From: Octopus bimaculoides
Taxonomy: Eukaryota
Reading direction: 5' to 3'
NCBI RefSeq assembly: GCF_001194135.2
Contig: NC_068984.1
Location: forward strand, 19,388,678-19,452,677
Length of the DNA stretch: 64,000 bases
In this document: positions 1 to 14,133 of the stretch, piece by piece
Layout: the number at the start of each line of letters is the position of its first letter
Position numbering within the stretch: position 1 is the stretch's first letter
The notes under the pieces: model-generated
Database searches by the model: none
Told to the model about the DNA's origin: nothing
What the model saw: the letters and a program-made list of their open reading frames with translations, nothing else
Position numbers and translations under genes: made by a program

Positions 1-440
1 ATATATATATATATATAGACACACGTACACAAATATATATGTGGAGTTATTGACACAAATCATCCAACAAGACATGATATTCAAAAACAAAGAAAACAAA
101 CTCAATACAAGGAAGAACTGGATGTATAGAATTTATGTAAATGAATCTCTGACAGTTGTACAAATGTTTCAATGTTATCTAAAGCTGATGATGATGATTA
201 TGATGATGACAATGAATATGTATGAATAATTTTTTTTATATAATTACATACATATATACCATTGAGTTCTGTATTTGTTAGAATATCTTTTGTGCATTTG
301 ATTATGTCTCCATTTGCTAGTATATCTAAATGCTTTGTATTTCTATTGCCCTTGAGGCAAATAAACAAACATTTAATAATAATAATAATCACCATCATCA
401 TCGTTTAACGTCCGCTTTCCATGCTAGCATTGGTTGGACA

Positions 441-486
<46 letters not shown>

Positions 487-487
487 T

Positions 488-701
488 TGGTTTCAAATTT
501 TGCTTCAAGGTCAGCTATTTTGGAGGAGGGGGCTAGTCAATTATATTGATTCCAGGGCTCAACTGGTGCTTATTCTATCAGACCCAAAAGGATGAAAGGC
601 AAATTTGACCTTGGCAGAATTTGAACTCAGAATGTGAAGATGGGAGAAATGCTGCTAAGTCATTTCACTCAGTGTACTAACGATTCTGTTAGCTCACCAC
701 C

Positions 702-704
<3 letters not shown>
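488..704 (-). mobile_element. (ATT)n-tailed SINE with CORE-like segment (family D; other copies ~12560-12750, 13000-13182, 22258-22470, 41232-41435, 55620-55760)
   Basis: Shared ggtgagctggcagaatcgttagc...ctgagttcaaattc...gcctttcatcctttcggggtcgataaaataagtaccag; here flanked by (AAT)n on both sides. Confidence 0.8.
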
Positions 705-751
<47 letters not shown>

Positions 752-2057
752 GTAACAAGGGCAGAGAGGGGAAACAAAATCACTAGAGCATGAGACAAAA
801 TACTTTGCAACATTTATTTTGGGTTTTCTGTTCTGAGTTCAATTTCCACCAAGATCAACTTTGCCTTTCATTCCTCTAGAGTCAATAAAAAGCACTGAGG
901 TGAGTGATATTGAGCCTCAAGATTGCTGGCCTAGTACTTAATCAGAAATTATTGAAGAAGCCACTGGCAGAGACCAAGGGTAAGATTTTAACTTTGAACC
1001 TATGTATAATGAGTTCAAATTTTGATGGAGTCAACTTTATTTTTAAATTACCAAAATAATTCTTACAATATGTTAGTTTCATTTCTTCAATTTTACCTCT
1101 CCACCAGAAAATTGGAGCATATTTCAATATGAAAAAATAATCACTTCCTTTAGTTAAAACTAGTACCATAGGTATGGTACTACAACAATGACTCTAATTA
1201 GCTCAATGTAATTATTATATTCATAACAGATTATATTTACATTATACGAACACCACAGGGAGCAGTTTATTATAGAGTTAGTCTGTAACCTAATTTCATG
1301 TCACAGTAAGAGCTATTTTACTTCACTAAGAGCCTCTAATGCACTTTGAGAGGCCATGAATGATCCACCACTCAACATTTCATTTTTACTTCCTCTAATA
1401 TCTCAAGTGCAGGTATGGCATACTGGTTAGGGTCTTGCACTCACGATCAGCAGATTGTAGTTTTGATTCCTAGACTAGCAGTGCATTGTGTTCTTGGGCA
1501 AAATGCTTCATTTCACATTTCTCCATTCCACTCAGCTGAAAATGAATTCCAGCAATATCTGAAGAGTTAACTCTGTGATGGACTAGCAACTCATTCAGGA
1601 GAAGTGTTGTAGAAACTGGGTTGTTGGGCCTTATGAATACTAGGGTTTATCACAGACCTAACCTAATATCAGTATGTCAGAAACGTACAAATCCTATTGT
1701 GACTAATAGTCTAGAGAGGTGTTGGTTGATTCTATGTGGCCTATTTTCTGGAACACAAGATAAACTTCATGAAATATTCCAAAGATGCTGTAGGATATAA
1801 GGCATCTGTAGCTGTTAATCAATGTTACTAAAAGTGTGGTCAGCCAAATACTTTTGTTTCTGTTTAATTTTATAACAATTATTTCTGTTTTTGAGGCTGT
1901 GAGATGAAAACGTATTTACTAAATAAAGCTGAAGGGGACACACGAACAAAAGAGAGAAAAAAACAAATCAACGAGAAATACATGTATTAAATAGGGAACA
2001 TGTAAATGTTAGAAGGAAAGAAAGAGATGGCATAGATGGATAAAAGGGCATGTTTGT

Positions 2058-2062
<5 letters not shown>

Positions 2063-2146
<84 letters not shown>
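2063..2146 (+). repeat. (GA)n microsatellite; representative of many others, e.g. (CA)n 4139-4191, (TTA)n 7372-7435, (GA)n 36765-36838, (TA)n 45935-45992, 47347-47408, 55985-56045
   Basis: Direct inspection. Confidence 0.95.
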
Positions 2147-2151
<5 letters not shown>

Positions 2152-2309
2152 ACAGGTTGAGAAAAAGAACGAAAGAGAGAAAAGCTAAAGGTACTGCAAG
2201 AATCTAAAGCATGCAGATGAAGGTGGGGCAAAGATAAAGAATGAAAAATAAATGAAAATAGTTTTAACATCAACACAAAATATCAAGGAAAAAAAATGAC
2301 TGTGCTTAC

Positions 2310-2429
2310 GTCTGTTTGAGATATGGACAGGGCAATTTTATTTTGGTCATTAAATGATTGGTTATTTTCTAGTTCTGACCACTGAACATGGAAGTCTTGC
2401 AAGATAGTCTCAAAATCGTGAAGATAACC
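2310..2429 (-). CDS. Spectrin-repeat (nesprin-like) gene exon, GYLHDFETILQDF...ISQTD, 40 aa, phase 0-0; last exon visible in window
   Basis: Not in the ORF track. Acceptor ttttttcaag|GGT, donor GAC|gtaagc, 120 nt open; continues the helix-A pattern after ...QWKDFQ of the preceding exon. Confidence 0.8.
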
Positions 2430-2859
2430 CTTGAAAAAAATGAATAATAATATATCATATATAAAATTATCAGTAACAGTAGAAAGAAAAATGGGAACAC
2501 AACTTGCTAGATTTGCAAGTGATTTTGATAAATTTCAGTTGAAACTATACACAAGAAATATTTTAACATGTATTTTTTAGTTATTTCACTGTTCCATGTT
2601 TAAATTTCACCCAGCCAAGACCTACAGTCTTACAAGCTCTATTGCTTTCTGGGATCTCCTCCATACTGCAATACATTTTCAGGACATGCAACAATGGTAT
2701 GTCCTTACACATGTCCAGTGGCAAACTTTACAAAATCTAATCAGGCTCTAATCAGGAAGATAACTAATTGTTAATGATGCTACCTTGACTTCTCCCACAG
2801 TCTGCCTTCTAGAAGCTAGTAAGTCCTCTTATATATGGTTGCTGAGAATTCAGTTTGAG

Positions 2860-3480
2860 TAGGATAGAGATCATGTTCTAAGACATCAGTGAAGTTCCTG
2901 GCATCAGTATCAATGAGAAGGAATTTTCCTATCTAGAATCAATGTTCTCTAAAAACTTGTCCCTTGCCCAGGGTACAATAGGTAGATAAGGAAAATGTTG
3001 CTGCTAAAATCCTAATCCATTATCAGTGTATTGAATGCCCTCATCTACAGTAACAGAAGCTAGAAAACATACATGTGCCAAGGACATCTCTTAAAAACTT
3101 TCATTTGCAGTAAATGCATTTGATGCTGGATATCTTCTGGAAGGATCATTTGCCAGACAAGACATATTGAACATGCATGTCCTACACAGTAGGAACATGT
3201 ATATCCTACTTGTTCCTACTGAACATGTATATCCTAATATGAGGTTTGACCAGAATGGTCACATCTCTAATTATGTCTTATATGGCCACAGAATTCCTGC
3301 CTACAGAGCATCTACTAGTGCAATACAGAAATGTTTGTGAACGTGACCTAAAAATTGATAACATCAGTGCAAGCAAATGGCCAGAGAGACTTGCACATCA
3401 TTGTAGCAATGTATCATAACTGTTAAGGAAAAGTGAGGAACGAGAAGGGAAGTTACAGCAGTGACCATTCTTCACATGTA
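2860..3480 (+). mobile_element. Highly decayed RTE-clade LINE relic (C-terminal region)
   Basis: Broken-frame translation gives VLYG...RNVCERDLKIDNISASKW, resembling the RTE VLYG...KDVCKRDLK...W motif; many stops. Confidence 0.5.
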
Positions 3481-4137
3481 GCTGCTGTGCCTTGGCACAT
3501 GGTTGTTCAGAGACTGGATTGTTCAACCAAGGACAAGATTGCTTCCGAATTTTCAACTGAGAGCATCAAGTGTTTGTCCAAATGATTGACTGGCCTCTGG
3601 TGTCACTGTTGTCATCATCAACATGTTCAGCTCTTGTTGCCATAGAGAAGAGCATTCAGAACATAGTATTGATCATAACAGCAAAGCTTTCCTTATCTGC
3701 CTGTTGCCCTCTGGAATGAGGTTGGAGTATTTTTAGAGACTGTTGTTCCTAGACAGAAGAAATCATCATCGTCATCATCATCATTAATAACAATGACAAA
3801 AGATTCACATTATTGTTTTTTTTTTTCATGCAAGCTTCACTGACTCTGTCAGAGGGCACACAGATAATTGTCTAGATCTTGTCTCTTCTTATCTGAGAGC
3901 AGTCATTTCTCTTGTACATTTTCGGTAATGCTTAACCTACCCACCTCAGCTCCCACATTCATTTGACAATACCACTATTCCACACACTTGTAGCTTCACA
4001 CTGTTGTGAGAAATCAATATTGTTTTGGAAATGGATTTCTATGTTTAATCCAATTTGCAAGACACACAAAATATATCAAGTTATTAGATAAACAAAAATG
4101 TACCGTTTCAGTTTCAACAAAACACTCACACACATGT

Positions 4138-4196
<59 letters not shown>

Positions 4197-4220
4197 CATA
4201 CAAACAAACACATAACTAAC

Positions 4221-4433
4221 CTGAAAGTCTTTCCATTGATCTATTTTCTCTTCAATGGTAGCTTGTCTCTTCTGGAGAGAGGATACAGCATTGCTAAGTC
4301 TTCCATTCAGACTCTGGAGGGATTGCTGCAATGTTTCTTTATCGTTGCAGTCAAGAGAATCCAATAGATGTTCACTGGTATCTGTCAGTATATCCATTTC
4401 ATCTTGGCAGAGACTGGCCTCTGATAAATACTC
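4221..4433 (-). CDS. Spectrin-repeat gene exon EYLSEASL...QWKDFQ, 71 aa, phase 0-0
   Basis: Within ORF 4014-4454; acceptor atttcag|GAG, donor CAG|gttagt; heptad-rich helical sequence with repeat-boundary Trp. Confidence 0.92.
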
Positions 4434-4524
4434 CTGAAATAATGAAACATTCAATAGCTAAATACTCAGTAATATTGATAGGATTGTTTATGTCTGAAAA
4501 TGGTTTTGATTTACTTATTCCCTT

Positions 4525-4890
4525 GGATAAGAATTATCAACAGATAGGACTCATAAGTCTACATAAGTAGGACACAATTATCGACACGAATAGGACAAAA
4601 TAGTTGGCAACAGTAGGATAGAATAGTCAACATCAGTACACATTAATAAATACATAAATATGACTAAACCGTGTCCATCAGTAGGACACAAAAGCTACAT
4701 TAGAAGGAAATGATAGTCTACATGAGTAGGACAAAATAGTCTATGTCTATATAACAAAATAGTTACCATGAAGAAGACATACTAGTCTATACTCAATGCA
4801 CAACAGTTTACAATTGATTGGACAAATAATCATCCTCAATAGGAAACAATAGTCTGTATAAGTAAGATACAAGTCAACATTAATAAGACA
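4525..4890 (+). repeat. Old ~24-bp minisatellite
   Basis: Recurring agtaggacaaaatagtc.acat-like units with heavy divergence. Confidence 0.6.
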
Positions 4891-5606
4891 CAATTCCAGC
4901 TTCAACAAACACCTTTTAAGTAAAAGGAATATAGTGGAGCCAAGTATTTCACCAGCAACCTAAGGCACTGGTGGACTGGATAAATAAATTACTTTCCATT
5001 TCCTGTCAAAGTTGATTTTTCTTAACTTACATCGTAAATGTTCTGCTGGTGCTGCAATATCTATTTCTTTTGCCCTTAACATCAATCTATCTCAATATTT
5101 GCTTACAAAAAACTTATAGGAAACCATTCAACTTATTCTGTCTGTGACACTTTGACAAAAATATACTGAGTTACTTTTTCGTAAATGGATGTGTTTTCTT
5201 TGTGAAAAATTATCATCTTTGGAAAAAAAGAAACTTAGTAAAGTTTTGAAATAGTACAACATAATGTATCAAAACGCTAATATATTATTCATGAAAGGAA
5301 GATGTCCAACATTTTTGATGTGGTTTATCTAACCATTTTTCAACCTCATTCTTTATTCCACTTTACATTTCTTCATGTACAGGTTTTAATGAATGACTCT
5401 ACAGTTTGGGAGCATTCCATTTAAATCCTAAATATTTTGTATAGCTGTATATTTTGTATAGCTGCATAACTGTATTCAACAGAATCTGTTTTACTTTGAA
5501 AGCATCAGTGAAATTTTTATCCCAATTCTTTATCTTCCAATCTCAAAGATGTTGTATGGTTAAATATCTAATTGGAAATTGGGGAGAAAAATTACATAAC
5601 CATGAC

Positions 5607-5895
5607 CAGAGGCAGACTGGCCAGGTGGTCAGGTTGCCAGCTTTCCCAATGGCAAGTGGGCCCCTGTGCCATTAGAATCCATATATGGGGGCCATGTTAA
5701 TATCTAAGGAGCCCATCCCCTCAAGTTTCAGAATTTTTTATTCACTCCTGGAAGAATGCATTAATTATTTCAGCCTGGCTATGTTTGTAGAGTTGAAAAG
5801 AATATTTTTAATAAAAAAAAAAATTAAATGATAGCATTGTAGTTGCAGTTCTTAGTCTTCTGGCAACCAGTATTTTTAGATACAGTCCGCTAATG
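5607..5895. mobile_element. hAT-like MITE (~290 bp), copy 1
   Basis: TIR cagaggcagactgg/acagtccgctaatg; imperfect 8-bp flanks accatgac/gtcatgac; body matches 48076-48366. Confidence 0.7.
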
Positions 5896-6398
5896 GTCAT
5901 GACTGCATGGTTAATCCAAAGCAAGCAGTAGCTTGGTTTGGGTTCAGTTCCACTGCACAGTGGGTAACATTCTTTTATTATAGTCCCAGGTCAACAAAAT
6001 GCTTTGTGAATGAACTTGGTAAGCAGAAACTGTGACAAAGTCCATTGCGTGTAGGCATGCATATATGTGTGAGTGTGTGTAGGTGTATGTGCATGTGTGT
6101 GTGTGTGTCTGTGTGTGGTGTAGGTTTATGTATATATGTGTGTGTGTATCTGCATGCTTTTGTATCCATCTCTCCAGCACTCGACACACAATATTGGTTT
6201 GTTTATGTCCCTGTAACTAAATGCTTCATTACAAAGAGACTGATAGAATAAGCACCAGACTTAAATAATAAGTACTTTGTTTGATTTATTAGGTTAAACA
6301 CCTCAAGGCAGTGCTCCAGCATGGCCAGAGTCCAATGACTGAAACAAGTAGAAAAATAATAGAATAAATGAGTAAAAGAAAAAGGAACAAATAAATAC

Positions 6399-6575
6399 CT
6401 TGTGTTCTTCAAGTTGCTGATAGAGTAGGTCAGGATCAAGATCTTCAATGAAACCAGAATCCAACAATTTCTCAGCGCCGGTCACCCAATCTGTGACTTG
6501 TTTTAGAGACAACTCAAACTGATTCCGGTTAGCTTTGGCTTCAGCAAGGTATTTCTCTTTTATCTTTGCAGCATC
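6399..6575 (-). CDS. Spectrin-repeat gene exon DAAKIKEKY...DWVTGAEKLL...LEEHK, 59 aa, phase 0-0
   Basis: Acceptor attcctag|GAT, donor AAG|gtattt; typical F..L..V.DW...E..L spectrin helix A. Confidence 0.92.
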
Positions 6576-7372
6576 CTAGGAATAATAACACTTTCATTAT
6601 ATACAGCTCTTTAATAGTATATAATAGTTAATTATGAGAATTGATGGGGGTTGGGGGCAGATATTAACGAATCTACAGACATTGGGAATCCCAGAGGGGA
6701 TGACAGGGGGCTGAGACCTCTGGTGATTTGTTGATTGAAAAGATGTGTCAAGCTAAGTAAAAAGCGTGGTTGCCCTTGCATAACAGGCTCATCTCCTGCA
6801 ACCCTCCCTAGCTGAGCAGCCCTAATCATATGAGTTCATAGGTGCTGGTGCCATGTAAAAAGCACCCAATACACTCTATAAAGTGGTTGGCATTAGGAAG
6901 GGCATCCAGTTGTAGAAACCATGCCAAAACAGACAGGGAGCCTGAACAGCCCTTCAGCTGATCAGCTCCTGTCAAACAACCCAACCCATGCCAACATGGA
7001 AAACAGATGTTAAATGATGATGATGATGATGCAGGTATGGCTGTGTGGTTAAGAAGCTTGCTTCGCAACCATGTGCTTCTAGGTTCAGTTCCACTATGTG
7101 GCACCTTGGGCAAGTGTCTTCTACCATGGCCCTGGACCAACCAATGCATTGTTAGTGAATTTGGTTGATGGAAACTGTGTGGAAGTCTCTTGTATAATGT
7201 ATGCATATGTATCCCCACCACCACCACTCGACAACTTGTGCTGGTTTGTTTCCATCCCTATAACTTAGTAGTCTAGCAAAAGGGACTGATAGAATAAGTC
7301 CAAGACTTAATAAGTACTGGGGTCAGTACTTATTATTATTGTTGTTACTGTTGCTATGATTGCTGATGTTGA

Positions 7373-7436
<64 letters not shown>

Positions 7437-8517
7437 TCATTTCATATCCTTATTCTTCTATATTTATATTATTCCACAGTGACACCATAATTTAATAATA
7501 CTCATCAATTTATCCAATAATCTCCACACCTTTCTGTACAATATTGAACTAATCTTCTTTCCTTCCATCTGGCCATTCATAATTGTCTTCTTCTATGAGA
7601 CACAACACAGAACTGAGGATGGCATTTAAGTCTTTGACAGTTCAACCTTATGGTCACTATACTAGCACTCTAATGACTCGGTCAGCTGTCATTGTCTAAT
7701 ACTAATGAAAGATAATAAACACAATGCATAATACTGTTAATTATTTCATATTTATGGTAGCTGTAACAGTTATTGCTGCTGTTTAACCCCAGGCTAGTCT
7801 TTATTGAGTATTCATATAATTGAGATAATCCAACCAATTCTTATTTGAAAACTATATCTTGAACTCATAAACCAATATATCTATCCTCTCTTTATTATTT
7901 TTAAAGATAACACAATGATGTTTTGAAGGAGACTTGGCTATTGTTTCTATGAGCAGCCATGTAAAAATCTTCCTTATTGGTGTGTCAGTTGTTATTTAGC
8001 CCAGTTCAGCCTGAATGAGTAGATCTATAATTGAATGAGTCTCCCTCATAATGCATCGTTTTTTTATTTGGTCATTTTTTTTACAAGTAGAGCAATGATT
8101 TTAAGATGATAAGCTGTGATTTCTGGGAAATTTAGTACTATTTCTAGCAAGTCAAGCAACTGCAGAAGCCCCTTCTCATTTGTAGCTCATTGTTCATAAT
8201 GGTATATTGAGCTCTAGGTCATGTTATTCAGAACATGTATCTAAGACATTATTTATCCAACATGTTCTTCATTTTTTAAACAACATTAGGGAATAATATG
8301 AGAGTTGACTGCTATATCTAGCACATTACATGACCACATACAGGTTCCCTTGTGTTAAGTACATGATAGTAGAGTTAATACTCACTTATTTCTTACCTAG
8401 ATGGCACAGATAACAATAAATGGTGAGGAAGACGAAGAAGAAAATTTAAGTAAAGAAAGGAAGGGAGGGAGTAAAAGAGAAGTTTTAAGAGTTTCTAAAA
8501 TAGTATTTATTACTTAC

Positions 8518-8655
8518 CAGAATCTTCACTTCAAGTTCTTCAATCAATACCAATTGTTGTTTTAGGTCGCTGTCAACAGATGGAGTATCATGCTCTTTGG
8601 AAAGGACTTTTTTCTTAACCATGGCAATACGATCTAGAGATTCTTGAGTGGCTTG
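8518..8655 (-). CDS. Spectrin-repeat gene exon QATQESLDR...ELEVKIL, 46 aa, phase 0-0
   Basis: Not in the ORF track. Acceptor catactag|CAA, donor CTG|gtaagt, 138 nt open, phase-compatible with neighbours. Confidence 0.85.
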
Positions 8656-9813
8656 CTAGTATGGTAGGTAAATAGGAGATAAAATATTTTTACTCAAACA
8701 TAATACACATATATATTACATATATACATACATGATATACATATACTTTAAATGTATTTAGATATATATATATACTATATCATTTATATATATATAACAG
8801 CACCAAACAGTGATTAGAAATAAACAAACTTAAGGTTTGTTAAAATATGTTTATGATATATTTTAACTTCTAAAAGCAAATTCTCTGCAGTTACCACGGG
8901 GAAAAAATTCTCTCTTATGGTAAAGATATTTCAACTGACCTAAAGTTCATTTATATATATGTATGTACACACACACACACACACACAATGTAGGTCTGTA
9001 AGTCCTGATTGAGCAGAAAATCAGTGTTTCCAATGCAGTACTCAACTTGAACTCCTGGATATCTACACTCACATTAGAATTTTGAGAGAAAGTTTTTGAG
9101 TCCACTATTTCAGGAAATTGAGGTACATTATTGATAAGAGCGGTGAGTTAGTCTTATGAAAAGTAACATATTACACAATTAAGAAGATGCAGAATGAATT
9201 TGGCACATCTCTATTATTAGTTGTAATTGTTTTGGTACCATTCTGTTTCTAATGCCCTTACATATAAATGATTTCATATGAAAATATAACAGCTCACATT
9301 TTGATTCCAGTCTGATGAAGTGCCCCTCCAATATAATCAACTGTAATTTTTCACATGAAATCATCTACATGCAATGGCATTAGAAATGGAATAGAACTGG
9401 AACAACTACAAAATCATTCTTTGTCTTCTGAATTGTATGAAAACAAGAACTTGTTCCAACCATTTCCCTTGTACTTTAAGTCCCAACTAACATACTGAGG
9501 CAACATTCTCCCTCCCTTGGTTTGTTGACTTGTAAGTTATTAAATGACCTCACTGGTGCCAATGGCATGAAAAAGCACCCAGTACACACTGAAAAGCAGT
9601 TGGCATTAGGAAGAGCATCCAGCTGTAGCAACCTTGCCAAAGCAGACAGGGACGTATGATGCAGTCCTTGACTCATTGAATCCTTGTCAAACCATCCAAC
9701 CCATGTCAACATGGAACATGGACATAAAATGAAGATGATTATGATGGTGATGATTATGATCATTGTACAAAAAAATGACAGTAAAATAAAAATAAAAAAT
9801 AGTTTAAACTTAC

Positions 9814-10140
9814 CTGATATTTTTGACTAATAGAGTCAATCTTACTTTCAGTCAAATGTAGAGGTTCAGGAGAAGACAAAAATACATATTTCTGCTCCAA
9901 CCAAACTATTGTTTCCTTTAAAGAGTTGCTCAGTTCCTTTTCATTCATTTCTTTCATCTGGCACTCTTGAATCTTTTGGTCTATATTTCTTTTGCTGGTG
10001 TTTATATCAGACTGGACAATTCTGAGTTGTGAAGTCAAAGAATTTTCATTGTTATTTGGTAGATCTAAGTCTATTTGGTTTGCTTTCTCTGCCATAGCAC
10101 CAAGACCTTTTTCACATGTCTGTAGCTCATTGTAAACAAC
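9814..10140 (-). CDS. Spectrin-repeat gene exon VVYNELQ...VWLEQK...SQKYQ, 109 aa, phase 0-0
   Basis: Within ORF 9760-10161; acceptor aattcag|GTT, donor CAG|gtaagt. Confidence 0.92.
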
Positions 10141-10294
10141 CTGAATTGGGAGAAGCCGCAAGGAAGAAAATCCTATTATATATATATATAATACACATGT
10201 TTCATTATAAACACAGTTATGTTCAAGTTTTATCTATTTCATATTAGAGTGATCATATTTTTCTATGAGAATTTTACAATTGGTATGAAACAGT

Positions 10295-10655
10295 AGTCCT
10301 AAGCAGGCTGAGTGCAGATATGAACAGCATATGGGAACCGGTATTAAGGAAGGATAGGAGAATATTAAATTTATAAGCCCTAAAATTCACTCCAGAATTG
10401 TCCACGGGCATATGGCGGGCTACTAACCCCAAGATTCTGAGTTTGATTCCAGGCAGTGACCTGAACAATAACAATAATAATAATAATAATAATAATAACA
10501 TCAAAAAATACTTTCGGAATGAGAACCCAGGTTCGAAATTTCCCCAAGACACCTGATGAAGGCTGGAGGGTATATCAGCCGAAACGTTGTGTTAACAACA
10601 AACAAGATGAGGACAAATATCCATCAATTGTAAATAATGTAAATGACGAAACAGT
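10295..10655 (+). mobile_element. Penelope-like element 3' fragment / pseudo-LTR
   Basis: ORF end SRLSADMNSIWEPVLRKDRRILNL* resembles PLE C-termini; followed by (AAT)n and the hammerhead motif. Confidence 0.6.
10548..10593 (+). ncRNA. Minimal type I hammerhead ribozyme motif (Penelope-associated type)
   Basis: gacac-CTGATGA-a-GGCTG(gagggtatat)CAGCC-GAAAC-GTT-gtgtt: catalytic core boxes, 5-bp stem II, stem I and palindromic AACGTT stem III. Confidence 0.7.
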
Positions 10656-13301
10656 AGTGTTTTCAAATCCATATCTGATATTTCTAAACCCACAGTACTG
10701 AATATATTTGGAATTTGTGTTGTTTTTTTCTTATACACTGAACTTATAGAGTATTGACCAATTGACCAAAGGATTGAGGATTTATGTTCCATACTAGTGC
10801 TGTTTGTGTTGTTTTGTTATGATTTATCATAAGTTAGTTTGTGAAGAAATGCATTGCCCACGACCTTTGCAGACCATATACTCAGACTGGTGAGATTGGA
10901 GCAGATGATGGCAAGTCCAAGCATTTGCAGGAAAAAAACATGAACAGGGAAAATATCTGGTTGTGACATTTGAAATGGAGTAAACTGAAAAAGATACTTG
11001 AGCCCAGATGGTGGTATGAAACAGGGTTGTGTGTTAGACACAACCATTAGCAAATAGATTAAATATTCTATTACCAAGTCCACTTGACAGTATGTAAGTA
11101 GTGTGAAGGAGGAATATTATATACCTTTAGAGACAACATGGCAATGTATAACACATCCATATTTTGTTAGTTTGAAATGTTGAGCACAAAATTCTCTTGT
11201 TTGTTTACTTTACAACAGAATTATGAAAAGATGTTTAATTTGTCATAGTTTATATAATGAAAACTGATATCAATATTGACTGTAAAGACTGTGATTTGTT
11301 ATAGCCAGCTTGTTAATGGTAAATGTTCTGTTGGAGCATCACGAAAGTGATATAAAGTCACTCTGAAGCAAAATATGAACTCGTGTCTGTCATATGAGTG
11401 AAACTGTGGCATCCTTCACAAATTCAGTGGCTGATCATGGAAGCTAGAGAACTCTCTCTATTAAGGAAACTGAACTCTTTGAACAAACTCATATTGAAGT
11501 CCTTATAGGGAAATGGAGGAGGAGGAGGAAGAGGAGGGCACAAACAGAGCTAAATTGATCATATTACCCAATAACATTTATTTTTCATTTTATTTTTATA
11601 ATTTGGATTGTATATTCTTCTTTGATTTTAAAAATATTATTATTATTATTATCACTGTTATTATTATTTTGCCTGTTTACTATAACTATCAATATTGCAA
11701 ATGTCATAAGTGTATTTGGTGAATTCCTGGTTCTTGACAAATTTCTTCACTGGTAAGTGTAGCTGAATTATAAAAATCTATAAAACTTTTATAAAATAGA
11801 GTCTGAATAAACTGGTGATGGTTCATGCTGGCAAAAATTATACAAAGAGAGTGTATATGCTTTTGGGGAGAAGAGGAAAATGATATATTGCTCTAATGTA
11901 TTGCACTGATCCTTTGTCTGAAGAAAATACATTATTTTTTCCCACTCAGTTTTGAAATGTCAAATTCCCTTTTCCCCTGTAGCATTGAACTTATCCAAAC
12001 TGGTGAACTTCTCTGTTCAAGACTTCTTTGCAACCTGATCAAAGCTGCTCTCAGTTTGCCAGTAAGTGATGATGGCCAGGTTGAAAATAAAAACGTGATA
12101 GCATTTGGAGTTTGTTACAATAGTTCTTAAAAGAAAATGCTCCAAGAACATTGCTTTCAGTCATGTCTTCATGCTCAAGTGAAGAATGAATAAAGTGCTA
12201 AGGAGAAAAACCTGAAGATATACTGAGTTCAGAATAACAGTTGTAGTCTCTTTTATGTGTGCATTAGGCTTCTTTGAAAGATATTATTCATTTTCCCTTT
12301 GAAAAGAAAGAACCTTTTATTCTGATCTATGAAATATCAGAAAGAAATTTTTACAATCTATCTTGCAATATTGTAAACTTTTTATTGAAAATTCTTTCAA
12401 AATATGACTATTAACATTTGTGATACCAACCTGCCTGAGACACTGCCTGGTCTTATGATACAAACTTCTTGCTTAAAGTGATATACATTACACCCTTCTG
12501 CCAAAATTTCATGTAAGTTCTTATTTCAAATACTAACTTAATACTTTTTTTCTAATTTTGGCATGAGGCTAGCAATTTGTGGGGGAAGGGAAGTTGATTT
12601 CTTCAACACCATTGATTAACTGGTACTTATTTTATTGACCCCCACAAGAATGAAAGATAAAGTTGACCTTGATGGAATTTGAACTCAGAACATAAAGAAC
12701 CAGGAAAAATTTTGTCTGGCATGCTGAAAATTTTTTCAGCTCACCATCTTAAACAACAGTTTCAGCCTTTATTTAATATTCAGATTATTTTGTCAAATGT
12801 AATACTTATTTATTCATAATGTTTTGAATAAATCATGCATTGTCTTGTAGCTTCAAGATTTTAATAATGTGAGTGTTTATTTTTAGAATGACATTGTAAG
12901 GTAAGTGTGAGAGGCTGGATCTGGCTGGTTTGAACATAAAATAGGTAGAATATTTGGGCTGGATATGGCTGATTTAAATATTAAAAGTTTAATAATGGTT
13001 TCAAATTTTGGAACAAGGCCAGCAATTTTGGGGGAGGGTAAGTCAATTACATTGACCCCAGTGTCCAACTGGCGCTTATTTTATTAACCCAGGTGGCATT
13101 TGAACTCAGAATGCAAAGCCGGAAGGAATGCCGCTAAGCATTTTGTCCAACGTGGTAACGATTTTGCCAGCTCACCACCTTAAAGCAGTTGCATGGTGAT
13201 AGTTATTTTACTGAATTTCAAAATTGAAACAAAAACAGTGTTTCAGTACATTTTAACATAAAAATGGTAAAAGAAAGAAAGAACAAAAAACAGCGACAAA
13301 C

Positions 13302-13607
13302 CTTATATTTATTCACTTTTTCAGTAGTTGGGATGTTTAGAGCTGAGACTTCATCAACTTTCAGACTAGAATCTCTAAATGAAGTTTCCAAGCTAGCAAA
13401 TTCTGTATGATATTGTTTTCGTAGAGCCACAGCAACCTTTAAACGGTTGAGTAACTGAGTTATGTGTTCATTTAACAATGAGTACTTTGTTAGAATCTGT
13501 TGTATGTTAGTCGCACTTGTAGACTGACCAGTGGTGTTGAATTTTTTAACATACTCAGTCAATTTTTCTACAATATGATTATAACTCTCCATTTCTAGGC
13601 TCAGTTC
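13302..13607 (-). CDS. Spectrin-repeat gene exon ELSLEMESYN...VNKYK, 102 aa, phase 0-0
   Basis: Extends ORF 13218-13592; acceptor ctgatatag|GAA, donor AAG|gtttgt. Confidence 0.9.
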
Positions 13608-14133
13608 CTATATCAGACAAAAAGGAAAATATTTAAGTGAAAGACAATATAAATATTTAACTAAACAAAACCTTATGAAAAATGTTTAGAAAATGGGAGA
13701 AGAGTGTGTGCTGTGAGATCCTCGTTCTTTCAAATGAAGTGGGCTTGCCAAATTATTTTTTTCTCTTTGTGGCTCACAAAATAATTTCAATTTTGTAGAT
13801 TTAATTAAGGTGCGAGTATGGTGGTGTGATCAAGAAGTTTGCTTTCCAACCATGTGGTCTTGGGTTCTGTCCCACTGCATGGAACCTTGGGCAAGTATCT
13901 TCCACTATAGCCCTGTGCTGACCAAAGCCTTATGAATGGATTAGGCAGAAGGAAACCAAAAGAATCTTGTAATGTATGTATGTATGTATGTACACATGTG
14001 TGCATTTGTGTGTACCTGTGTCTTGTCATGGCTTTAACCAAACTTCATTGGGCCAGGTAGTAATTACCTAAACATACAAAAAGGGAGGAATTCTTTTGTG
14101 ACTTGAAGTGCTTTTCACCATAGGTCTTCTCAA

